DNA from: a virus
Lineage: Duplodnaviria > Heunggongvirae > Uroviricota > Caudoviricetes
Strand: one strand, 5' to 3'
Virus record (IMG/VR): IMGVR_UViG_2706794670_000001
Length of the DNA: 19,675 nucleotides
Below, piece by piece: positions 11,165 to 19,675 of the stretch. The translations under genes were made by a program, and so were the position numbers. Position 1 is the first letter of the stretch. Each line of letters begins with the position of its first letter. Below the pieces are notes generated by a model, which worked only from the letters and a program-made list of their open reading frames with translations, did no database searches and was not told the origin of the DNA.

Positions 11165-11580
11165 GTTTTGCCCTGAAACTGGCGCGTGAGATGGGGCGAC
11201 CCGACTGGCGCGCCATGCTTGCCGGGATGTCATCCACGGAGTATGCCGACTGGCACCGCTTTTACAGTACCCATTATTTTCATGATGTTCTGCTGGATAT
11301 GCACTTTTCCGGGCTGACGTACACCGTGCTCAGCCTGTTTTTCAGCGATCCGGAGATGCATCCGCTGGATTTCAGTCTGCTGAACCGGCGCGAGGCTGAC
11401 GAAGAGCCTGAAGATGATGTGCTGATGCAGAAAGCGGCAGGGCTTGCCGGAGGTGTCCGCTTTGGCCCGGACGGGAATGAAGTTATCCCCGCTTCCCCGG
11501 ATGTGGCGGACATGACGGAGGATGACGTAATGCTGATGACAGTATCAGAAGGGATCGCAGGAGGAGTCCGGTATGGCTGA
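10742..11580 (+). CDS. T: tail assembly chaperone gpG-T fusion (via -1 frameshift near 11146)
   Basis: The -1 frame ORF 11146-11580 (...FDGELSFALKLAREMGRPDWRAMLAGMSSTEYADWHRFY...) has no independent start context and terminates at TGA 11578-11580, overlapping the H start. This is the conserved G/T arrangement upstream of a tape measure gene. Confidence 0.8.
11140..11146 (+). promoter_or_regulatory. programmed -1 ribosomal frameshift slippery heptamer G_GGA_AAG (G to G-T)
   Basis: The heptamer GGGAAAG sits in the G frame as G-GGA-AAG, six codons before the G stop. The -1 frame is open from here to 11580 and ends at the H start. Confidence 0.8.
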
Positions 11581-14095
11581 ACCGGTAGGCGATCTGGTCG
11601 TTGATTTGAGTCTGGATGCGGCCAGATTTGACGAGCAGATGGCCAGAGTCAGGCGTCATTTTTCCGGTACGGAAAGTGATGCGAAAAAAACAGCGGCNNN
11701 NNNNNNNNNNNNNNNNNNNNNNNNNNNNNNNNNNNNNNNNNNNNNNNNNNNNNNNNNNNNNNNNNNNNNNNNNNNNNNNNNNNNNNNNNNNNNNNNNNNN
11801 NNNNNNNNNNNNNNNNNNNNNNNNNNNNNNNNNNNNNNNNNNNNNNNNNNNNNNNNNNNNNNNNNNNNNNNNNNNNNNNNNNNNNNNNNNNNNNNNNNNN
11901 NNNNNNNNNNNNNNNNNNNNNNNNNNNNNNNNNNNNNNNNNNNNNNNNCACCTCGCTGGCGGTGGCGACCGGTGCGCTGGCGTATGCCTGGTATCAGGGC
12001 AACTCAACCCTGTCCGATTTCAACAAAACGCTGGTCCTTTCCGGTAATCAGGCGGGACTGACGGCAGATCGTATGCTGGTCCTGTCCAGAGCCGGGCAGG
12101 CGGCAGGGCTGACGTTTAACCAGACCAGCGAGTCACTCAGCGCACTGGTTAAGGCGGGGGTAAGCGGTGAGGCTCAGATTGCGTCCATCAGCCAGAGTGT
12201 GGCGCGTTTCTCCTATGCATCCGGCGTGGAGGTGGACAAGGTCGCTGAAGCCTTCGGGAAGCTGACCACAGACCCGACGTCGGGGCTGACGGCGATGGCA
12301 CGCCAGTTCCATAACGTGACGGCGGAGCAGATTGCGTATGTTGCTCAGTTGCAGCGTTCCGGCGATGAAGCCGGGGCATTGCAGGCGGCGAACGAGGCCG
12401 CAACGAAAGGGTTTGATGACCAGACCCGCCGCCTGAAAGAGAACATGGGCACGCTGGAGACCTGGGCAGACAGGACTGCACGTGCATTCAAATCCATGTG
12501 GGATGCGGTGCTGGATATTGGTCGTCCTGATACCGCGCAGGAGATGCTGATTAAGGCAGAGGCTGCGTTTAAGAAAGCAGACGACATCTGGAATCTGCGC
12601 AAGGATGATTATTTCGTTAACGATGAAGCACGGGCGCGTTACTGGGATGATCGTGAAAAAAAACGCCTGGAGCGGGATGCAGCCCAAAAGAGGGTAGATC
12701 AACAGCGTCAACAGGACAAAAATGCGCAGCAGCAGAGCGATACCGAAGCGTCACGGCTGAAATATACCGAAGAGGCGCAGAAGGCTTACGAACGGCTGCA
12801 GACGCCGCTGGAGAAATATACCGCCCGTCAGGAAGAACTGAACAAGGCACTGAAAGACGGAAAAATCCTGCAGGCAGATTACAACACGCTGATGGCGGCG
12901 GCGAAAAAGGATTATGAAGCGACGCTGAAAAAGCCGAAACAGTCCGGCGTGAAGGTGTATGCGGGCGATCGTCAGGAAGACAGTGCTCATGCGGCCCTGC
13001 TGACGCTTCAGGCAGAACTCCGGACGCTGGAGAAGCATGCCGGAGCGAATGAGAAAATCAGCCAGCAGCGCCGGGATTTGTGGAAGGCAGAAAGTCAGTT
13101 CGCGGTACTGGAGGAGGCGGCACAACGTCGCCAGCTGTCCGCACAGGAGAAATCCCTGCTGGCGCATAAAGACGAGACGCTGGAGTACAAACGCCAGCTG
13201 GCTGCACTTGGTGACAAGGTTACGTATCAGGAGCACCTGAATGCGCTGGCGCAGCAGGCGGATAAATTCGCACAGCAGCAACGGGCAAAACGGGCAGCCA
13301 TTGATGCGAAAAACCGGGGGCTGACTGACCGGCAGGCAGCGCGGGAAGCCACGGAACAGCGCCTGAAGGAACAGTATGGCGATAATCCTCTGGCGCTGAA
13401 TAACGTCATGTCAGAGCAGAAAAAGACCTGGGCGGCTGAAGACCAGCTTCGCGGGAGCTGGATGGCAGGCCTGAAGTCCGGCTGGAGTGAGTGGGAAGAG
13501 AGCGCCACGGACAGTATGTCACAGGTTAAAAGTGCAGCCACGCAGACCTTTGATGGTATTGCACAGAATATGGCGGCGATGCTGACCGGCANNNNNNNNN
13601 NNNNNNNNNNNNNNNNNNNNNNNNNNNNNNNNNNNNNNNNNNNNNNNNNNNNNNNNNNNNNNNNNNNNNNNNNNNNNNNNNNNNNNNNNNNNNNNNNNNN
13701 NNNNNNNNNNNNNNNNNNNNNNNNNNNNNNNNNNNNNNNNNNNNNNNNNNNNNNNNNNNNNNNNNNNNNNNNNNNNNNNNNNNNNNNNNNNNNNNNNNNN
13801 NNNNNNNNNNNNNNNNNNNNNNNNNNNNNNNNNNNNNNNNNATCTCTACCGGCTGATGCGCGGCTATGCGGAAGGTGGTTATGTGGGCGGTGCCGGAAGT
13901 CCGGCGCAGATGCGGCGGGCTGAAGGCATTAATTTTAATCAGAACAATCACGTGGTGATTCAGAACGACGGTACGAATGGTCTGCCAGGTCCACAGATGA
14001 TGAAGGCCGTGTATGACATGGCCCGCAAGGGTGCCCGTGATGAAATTCAGACACAGATGCGTGATGGTGGCCTGTTCTCCGGAGGTGGACGATGA
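11573..14095 (+). CDS. H: tail tape measure protein gpH (spans N-runs 11698-11948 and 13592-13841; apparent frame changes at both)
   Basis: N-terminus MAEPVGDLVVDLSLDAARFDEQMARVRRHFSGTESDAKKTA, a long middle segment TSLAVATGALAYAWYQGNSTLSDFNKTLVLSGNQAGL...AQNMAAMLTG, and C-terminus NLYRLMRGYAEGGYVGG...MRDGGLFSGGGR. The three segments are in different frames relative to one another across the N-runs. Stop TGA at 14093-14095 overlaps the M start. Confidence 0.9.
11698..11948. other. run of N (251 nt) inside H
   Basis: Directly visible in the sequence. Confidence 1.
13592..13841. other. run of N (250 nt) inside H
   Basis: Directly visible in the sequence. Confidence 1.
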
Positions 14096-14421
14096 AAACC
14101 TTCCGCTGGAAAGTGAAACCCGGTATGGATGTGGCTTCGGCCCCTTCTGTAAGAAAGGTGCGCTTTGGTGATGGCTATTCCCAGCGAGCGCCTGCCGGGC
14201 TGAATGCCAACCTGAAAACGTACAGCGTGACGCTTTCTGTCCCCCGTGAGGAGGCCATGGTACTGGAGTCGTTTCTGGAAGAGCACGGGGGCTGGAAAGC
14301 CTTTCTGTGGACGCCGCCTTATGAGTGGCGGCAGATAAAGGTGACCTGCGCAAAATGGTCGTCGCGGGTCAGTATGCTGCGTGTTGAGTTCAGCGCAGAG
14401 TTTGAACAGGTGGTGAACTGA
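14092..14421 (+). CDS. M: minor tail protein gpM
   Basis: MKTFRWKVKPGMDVASAPSVRKVRFGDGYSQRAPAGLNANLKTYSVTLSVP... of 109 aa. Confidence 0.92.
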   Translation: MKTFRWKVKPGMDVASAPSVRKVRFGDGYSQRAPAGLNANLKTYSVTLSVPREEAMVLESFLEEHGGWKAFLWTPPYEWRQIKVTCAKWSSRVSMLRVEFSAEFEQVVN

Positions 14422-15020
14422 TGCAGGATATCCGGCAGGAAACACTGAATGAATGCACCCGTGCGGAGCAGTCGGCCAGCGTGGTGCTCTGGGAAATCGA
14501 TCTGACAGAGGTCGGTGGAGAACGTTATTTTTTCTGTAATGAGCAGAACGAAAAAGGTGAGCCGGTCACCTGGCAGGGGCGACAGTATCAGCCGTATCCC
14601 ATTCAGGGGAGTGGTTTTGAACTGAATGGCAAAGGCACCAGTACGCGCCCCACGCTGATGGTTTCTAACCTGTACGGTATGGTCACCGGGATGGCGGAAG
14701 ATCTACAGAGTCTGGTCGGCGGAACGGTGGTCCGGCGTAAGGTTTACGCCCGTTTTCTGGATGCGGTGAACTTCGTCAACGGAAACAGTGACGCCGATCC
14801 GGAGCAGGAGGTGATCAGCCGCTGGCGCATTGAGCAGTGCAGCGAACTGAGCGCGGTGAGTGCCTCTTTTGTACTGTCCACGCCGACGGAAACAGATGGC
14901 GCTGTTTTTCCGGGACGTATCATGCTGGCCAACACCTGCACCTGGACCTATCGCGGCGATGAGTGCGGTTATCACGGTCCGGCGGTCGCGGATGAATATG
15001 ACCAGCCAACGTCCGATATC
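14421..15020 (+). CDS. L: minor tail protein gpL (3' end hidden in N-run 15021-15279)
   Basis: MQDIRQETLNECTRAEQSASVVLWEIDLTEVGGERYFFCNEQNEKGEPVTWQGRQYQPYP... The ATG overlaps the M stop. About 200 codons are visible before the N-run. Confidence 0.88.
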
Positions 15021-15279
15021 NNNNNNNNNNNNNNNNNNNNNNNNNNNNNNNNNNNNNNNNNNNNNNNNNNNNNNNNNNNNNNNNNNNNNNNNNNNNNNNN
15101 NNNNNNNNNNNNNNNNNNNNNNNNNNNNNNNNNNNNNNNNNNNNNNNNNNNNNNNNNNNNNNNNNNNNNNNNNNNNNNNNNNNNNNNNNNNNNNNNNNNN
15201 NNNNNNNNNNNNNNNNNNNNNNNNNNNNNNNNNNNNNNNNNNNNNNNNNNNNNNNNNNNNNNNNNNNNNNNNNNNNNNN
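15021..15279. other. run of N (259 nt) covering the L/K junction
   Basis: Directly visible in the sequence. Confidence 1.
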
Positions 15280-15897
15280 CCGGAGGCGTATTTCCGTATG
15301 TCGCCGGAAGACTGGCTGCAGGCAGAGATGCAGGGTGAGATTGTGGCACTGGTCCACAGCCACCCCGGTGGTCTGCCCTGGCTGAGTGAGGCCGACCGGC
15401 GGCTGCAGGTGCAGAGTGATTTGCCGTGGTGGCTGGTCTGCCGGGGGGCGATTCACAAGTTCCGCTGTGTGCCACATCTTACCGGGCGGCGCTTTGAGCA
15501 CGGGGTGACGGACTGTTACACGCTGTTCCGGGATGCTTACCATCTGGCGGGGATTGAGATGCCGGATTTTCATCGTGAGGATGACTGGTGGCGTCACGGT
15601 CAGAATCTCTATCTGGATAATCTGGAGGCCACAGGGCTGTATCAGGTGCCGTTGTCAGCGGCGCAGCCGGGCGATGTGCTGCTGTGCTGTTTTGGTTCAT
15701 CGGTGCCGAATCATGCCGCCATTTACTGTGGTGACGGCGAGCTGCTGCACCATATTCCTGAACAACTGAGCAAACGAGAGAGGTATACCGACAAATGGCA
15801 GCGACGCACACACTCCCTCTGGCGTCACCGGGCATGGCACGCATCTGCCTTTACGGGGATTTGCAACGATTTGGCCGCCGCATCGACCTTCGTGTGA
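15280..15897 (+). CDS. K: tail assembly protein gpK (5' end hidden in N-run)
   Basis: Visible from PEAYFRMSPEDWLQAEMQGEIVALVHSHPGGLPWLSEADRR... to ...ASAFTGICNDLAAASTFV. The HSHPGG motif fits the JAB/MPN-type domain known for lambda K. Stop TGA at 15895-15897. Confidence 0.88.
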   Translation, partial: PEAYFRMSPEDWLQAEMQGEIVALVHSHPGGLPWLSEADRRLQVQSDLPWWLVCRGAIHKFRCVPHLTGRRFEHGVTDCYTLFRDAYHLAGIEMPDFHREDDWWRHGQNLYLDNLEATGLYQVPLSAAQPGDVLLCCFGSSVPNHAAIYCGDGELLHHIPEQLSKRERYTDKWQRRTHSLWRHRAWHASAFTGICNDLAAASTFV

Positions 15898-16466
15898 AAA
15901 CGGGTGCCGAAGCCATCCGGGCGATGGCCACACAGCTCCCTGCGTTTCGTCAGAAGCTGAGCGACGGCTGGTATCAGGTGCGTATTGCCGGGCAGGATGT
16001 TAGCACGTCCGGATTAACGGCACAGTTACATGAGGCTCTGCCTGACGGCGCTGTGATTCATATTGTTCCCAGAGTCGCCGGGGCCAAGTCAGGTGGTGTA
16101 TTCCAGATTGTCCTGGGAGCAGCCGCCATTGCCGGATCATTCTTTACCGCCGGAGCCACCCTTGCAGCATGGGGGGCTGCCATTGGTGCCGGTGGTATGA
16201 CCGGCATTCTGTTTTCTCTCGGTGCCAGTATGGTGCTCGGCGGTGTGGCTCAGATGCTGGCACCGAAAGCCAGAACTCCCCGCACACAGACAACGGATAA
16301 CGGTAAGCAGAACACCTATTTCTCCTCACTGGATAACATGGTTGCCCAGGGCAATGTTATGCCTGTTCTGTATGGTGAAATGCGCGTGGGGTCACGTGTG
16401 GTATCTCAGGAGATCAGCACGGCAGACGAAGGGGACGGTGGTCAGGTTGTGGTGATTGGTCGCTGA
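15795..16466 (+). CDS. I: tail assembly protein gpI
   Basis: MAATHTLPLASPGMARICLYGDLQRFGRRIDLRVKTGAEAIRAMATQLPAFRQKL... of 223 aa. Starts inside the 3' end of K in another frame, as in lambda. Confidence 0.9.
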   Translation: MAATHTLPLASPGMARICLYGDLQRFGRRIDLRVKTGAEAIRAMATQLPAFRQKLSDGWYQVRIAGQDVSTSGLTAQLHEALPDGAVIHIVPRVAGAKSGGVFQIVLGAAAIAGSFFTAGATLAAWGAAIGAGGMTGILFSLGASMVLGGVAQMLAPKARTPRTQTTDNGKQNTYFSSLDNMVAQGNVMPVLYGEMRVGSRVVSQEISTADEGDGGQVVVIGR

Positions 16467-16526
16467 TGCAAAATGTTTTATGTGAAATCGCCTCCGGGCG
16501 GTTTTATCGTTTATGGAGCATGACGA

Positions 16527-19500
16527 ATGGGTAAAGGCAGCAGTAAGGGGCATACCCCGCGCGAAGCGAAGGACAACCTGAAGTCCACGCAGCTGCTGAG
16601 TGTGATCGATGCCATCAGCGAAGGGCCGGTTGAAGGTCCGGTGGATGGATTAAAAAGCGTGCTGCTGAACAGTACGCCGGTGCTGGACAGTGAGGGGAAT
16701 ACCAACATCTCCGGCGTCACGGTGGTGTTCCGGGCAGGTGAGCAGGAGCAGTCACCGCCGGAGGGATTTGAATCCTCCGGCTCCGAGACGGTGCTGGGTA
16801 CGGAAGTGAAATATGACACGCCGATCACCCGGACCATCACGTCGGCAAACATTGACCGACTGCGTTTTACCTTCGGTGTACAGGCACTGGTGGAAACCAC
16901 CTCAAAGGGAGACAGGAATCCGTCTGAAGTTCGCCTGCTGGTTCAGATACAGCGTAACGGTGGCTGGGTGACGGAAAAAGACATCACCATTAAGGGCAAA
17001 ACCACCTCGCAGTATCTGGCCTCGGTGGTGGTGGATAACCTGCCGCCGCGCCCGTTTAATATCCGGATGCGCAGAATGACGCCGGACAGCACCACAGACC
17101 AGCTGCAGAACAAAACGCTCTGGTCGTCATACACCGAAATCATCGATGTGAAACAGTGCTACCCGAACACGGCACTGGTCGGCGTACAGGTGGATTCGGA
17201 GCAGTTCGGCAGCCAGCAGGTGAGCCGTAATTATCATCTTCGCGGGCGCATTCTGCAGGTGCCGTCGAACTATAATCCGCAGACGCGGCAATACAGCGGT
17301 ATCTGGGACGGAACGTTAAAACCGGCATACAGCAACAACATGGCCTGGTGTCTGTGGGATATGCTGACCCATCCGCGCTATGGCATGGGGAAACGTCTTG
17401 GTGCGGCAGATGTGGATAAATGGGCGCTGTATGTCATCGGCCAGTACTGTGACCAGTCGGTGCCGGACGGCTTTGGCAGCACGGAGCCGCGCATCACCTG
17501 TAATGCCTGGCTGACCACACAGCGCAAGGCGTGGGATGTGCTCAGTGATTTCTGCTCGGCGATGCGCTGTATGCCGGTATGGAACGGGCAGACGCTGACG
17601 TTCGTGCAGGACCGACAGTCGGATAAGGTGTGGGCCTATAACCGCAGTAATGTGGTGATGCCGGATGATGGCGCGCCGTTCCGCTACAGTTTCAGCGCCC
17701 TGAAAGACCGCCATAATGCCGTTGAGGTGAACTGGATTGACCCGGATAACGGCTGGGAGACGGCGACAGAGCTTGTGGAGGATACGCAGGCCATTGTCCG
17801 TTACGGTCGTAACGTCACGAAGATGGATGCCTTTGGCTGTACCAGCCGGGGGCAGGCACACCGCGCCGGGCTGTGGCTGATTAAAACGGAACTGCTGGAG
17901 ACGCAGACCGTGGATTTCAGCGTGGGTGCTGAAGGGCTTCGTCATGTACCGGGCGATGTCATTGAAATCTGCGATGATGACTATGCCGGTATCCGCACCG
18001 GCGGGCGCGTGCTGGCGGTGAACAGCCAGACCCGGACGCTGACGCTCGACCGTGAAATCACGCTGCCATCCTCCGGCACCACGCTGATAAGCCTGGTTGA
18101 CGGGCAGGGGAATCCGGTCAGCGTGGAGGTCCAGTCCGTCACCGACGGCGTGAAGGTAAAAGTGAGCCGTGTTCCTGACGGTGTTGCTGAATACAGCGTG
18201 TGGGGGCTGAAGCTGCCGACGCTGCACCAGCGATTGTTCCGCTGCGNNNNNNNNNNNNNNNNNNNNNNNNNNNNNNNNNNNNNNNNNNNNNNNNNNNNNN
18301 NNNNNNNNNNNNNNNNNNNNNNNNNNNNNNNNNNNNNNNNNNNNNNNNNNNNNNNNNNNNNNNNNNNNNNNNNNNNNNNNNNNNNNNNNNNNNNNNNNNN
18401 NNNNNNNNNNNNNNNNNNNNNNNNNNNNNNNNNNNNNNNNNNNNNNNNNNNNNNNNNNNNNNNNNNNNNNNNNNNNNNNNNNNNNNNNNNNNNNNNGCTG
18501 ACAGTCCGGGCAGTAAATGCGTGGGGGCAGCAGGGCGATCCGGCGTCGGTATCGTTCCGGATTGCCGCACCGGCAGCGCTGTCGCGGATTGAGCTGACGC
18601 CGGGCTATTTTCAGATAACCGCCACGCCGCATCTTGCGGTTTATGATCCGACGGTACAGTTTGAGTTCTGGTTCTCGGAAAAGCGGATTGCGGATATCAG
18701 GCAGGTTGAAACCACAGCACGCTATCTTGGCACGGCGCTGTACTGGATAGCCGCCAGTATCAATATCAAACCGGGCCATGATTATTACTTTTATATCCGC
18801 AGTGTGAACACCGTTGGCAAATCGGCATTCGTGGAGGCTGTTGGTCAGCCGAGTGATGATGCATCCGGTTATCTGGATTTTTTCAAAGGCGAGATAGGGA
18901 AAACCCATCTGGCTCAGGAGCTGTGGACGCAGATTGATAACGGTCAGCTTGCGCCTGACCTGGCTGAAATCAGGACGTCCATTACGGATGTCAGCAATGA
19001 AATCACGCAGACCGTCAATAAGAAACTGGAAGACCAGAGTGCGGCAATTCAGCAGATACAGAAGGTTCAGGTTGATACAAATAATAACCTGAACAGCATG
19101 TGGGCTGTGAAGCTGCAGCAGATGCAGGACGGACGCCTTTATATCGCGGGTATTGGTGCCGGTATTGAGAACACCCCTGACGGCATGCAGAGTCAGGTGC
19201 TGCTGGCGGCGGACAGGATTGCGATGGTTAATCCTGCGAATGGCAACACAAAACCGATGTTTGTTGGTCAGGGCGATCAGATATTCATGAACGACGTGTT
19301 CCTGAAACGCCTGACGGCCCCCACCATTACCAGCGGTGGAAATCCATCGGCATTTTCCCTGACTCCGGACGGAAAGCTGACCGCTAAAAATGCGGATATC
19401 AGTGGCAGTGTGAATGCGAACGCCGGGACGCTCAACAATGTCACGGTAAATGAAAACTGTACGATTAAGGGCATGCTGGAGGCGACTCAGGTCAGAGGTG

Positions 19501-19675
19501 ACTTCGTTAAAGCTGTATCCAAATCATTTCCGAAACAGGCTGGTACGTGGGGTAACACGGAAACACCAAACGGGACGGTTACAGTCACCATAAGCGATGA
19601 TCATAACTTTGACCGCCAGATTATTATTCCGCCCATTATTTTTAACGGTATAGCGTATGACGATCCGGGGAGCGG
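16527..19675 (+). CDS. J: tail tip / central tail fibre protein gpJ, 3'-partial (spans N-run 18247-18496; continues beyond window)
   Basis: ATG at 16527 with GGAG 7 nt upstream. Translation [34 protein letters not shown]... stays open in frame to the last base of the window, and the frame is continuous across the N-run. The N-terminal ~570 codons are near-identical to lambda J as recalled. Confidence 0.93.
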   Translation, partial: MGKGSSKGHTPREAKDNLKSTQLLSVIDAISEGPVEGPVDGLKSVLLNSTPVLDSEGNTNISGVTVVFRAGEQEQSPPEGFESSGSETVLGTEVKYDTPITRTITSANIDRLRFTFGVQALVETTSKGDRNPSEVRLLVQIQRNGGWVTEKDITIKGKTTSQYLASVVVDNLPPRPFNIRMRRMTPDSTTDQLQNKTLWSSYTEIIDVKQCYPNTALVGVQVDSEQFGSQQVSRNYHLRGRILQVPSNYNPQTRQYSGIWDGTLKPAYSNNMAWCLWDMLTHPRYGMGKRLGAADVDKWALYVIGQYCDQSVPDGFGSTEPRITCNAWLTTQRKAWDVLSDFCSAMRCMPVWNGQTLTFVQDRQSDKVWAYNRSNVVMPDDGAPFRYSFSALKDRHNAVEVNWIDPDNGWETATELVEDTQAIVRYGRNVTKMDAFGCTSRGQAHRAGLWLIKTELLETQTVDFSVGAEGLRHVPGDVIEICDDDYAGIRTGGRVLAVNSQTRTLTLDREITLPSSGTTLISLVDGQGNPVSVEVQSVTDGVKVKVSRVPDGVAEYSVWGLKLPTLHQRLFRCXXXXXXXXXXXXXXXXXXXXXXXXXXXXXXXXXXXXXXXXXXXXXXXXXXXXXXXXXXXXXXXXXXXXXXXXXXXXXXXXXXXXLTVRAVNAWGQQGDPASVSFRIAAPAALSRIELTPGYFQITATPHLAVYDPTVQFEFWFSEKRIADIRQVETTARYLGTALYWIAASINIKPGHDYYFYIRSVNTVGKSAFVEAVGQPSDDASGYLDFFKGEIGKTHLAQELWTQIDNGQLAPDLAEIRTSITDVSNEITQTVNKKLEDQSAAIQQIQKVQVDTNNNLNSMWAVKLQQMQDGRLYIAGIGAGIENTPDGMQSQVLLAADRIAMVNPANGNTKPMFVGQGDQIFMNDVFLKRLTAPTITSGGNPSAFSLTPDGKLTAKNADISGSVNANAGTLNNVTVNENCTIKGMLEATQVRGDFVKAVSKSFPKQAGTWGNTETPNGTVTVTISDDHNFDRQIIIPPIIFNGIAYDDPGS
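18247..18496. other. run of N (250 nt) inside J
   Basis: Directly visible in the sequence. Confidence 1.

Noticed and set aside
16488-16512. Short hairpin (cgcc-tccg-ggcg) plus T-rich tract between I and J
   Set aside because: Only a 4-bp stem, and it sits in the ribosome-binding region of J. Too weak to call a terminator.
17316-18908. 530-aa ORF on the minus strand
   Set aside because: It is entirely antisense to J, whose plus-strand frame matches lambda J, and about half of it is X from the N-run. Its length is explained by the low stop-codon frequency opposite a GC-rich coding strand.

Overview
This window is the left (virion morphogenesis) arm of a lambda-like siphovirus or prophage from an enterobacterial host. 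Reading rightwards on the + strand it contains the cos site (cosN plus cosB R-sites), then nu1, A, W, B, C with nested nu3, D, E, FI, FII, Z, U, V, G with the G-T frameshift, H, M, L, K, I and the first ~1050 codons of J, which runs off the 3' end. Gene identities rest on my recollection of phage lambda proteins compared with the supplied translations (near-identical over long stretches) and on the canonical gene order with overlapping stop/start junctions; no search was run. Six runs of N (250-266 nt each) interrupt A, Z, H (twice), the L/K junction and J; their lengths do not appear to match the hidden sequence, so feature lengths across them are unreliable. The only accessory-looking DNA is upstream of cos (1-1158): a minus-strand pair consisting of a 77-aa ribbon-helix-helix-like protein and a strongly AT-rich 136-aa protein of unknown function. 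This pair is the best candidate here for an uncharacterised lysogen-expressed function, but nothing in the sequence proves a function. Other points worth a second look are a cosN 12-mer that differs from the lambda cohesive end as I recall it, and mosaic divergence in the C-terminal part of J. No tRNA, rRNA, CRISPR array, integrase or transposase is visible.
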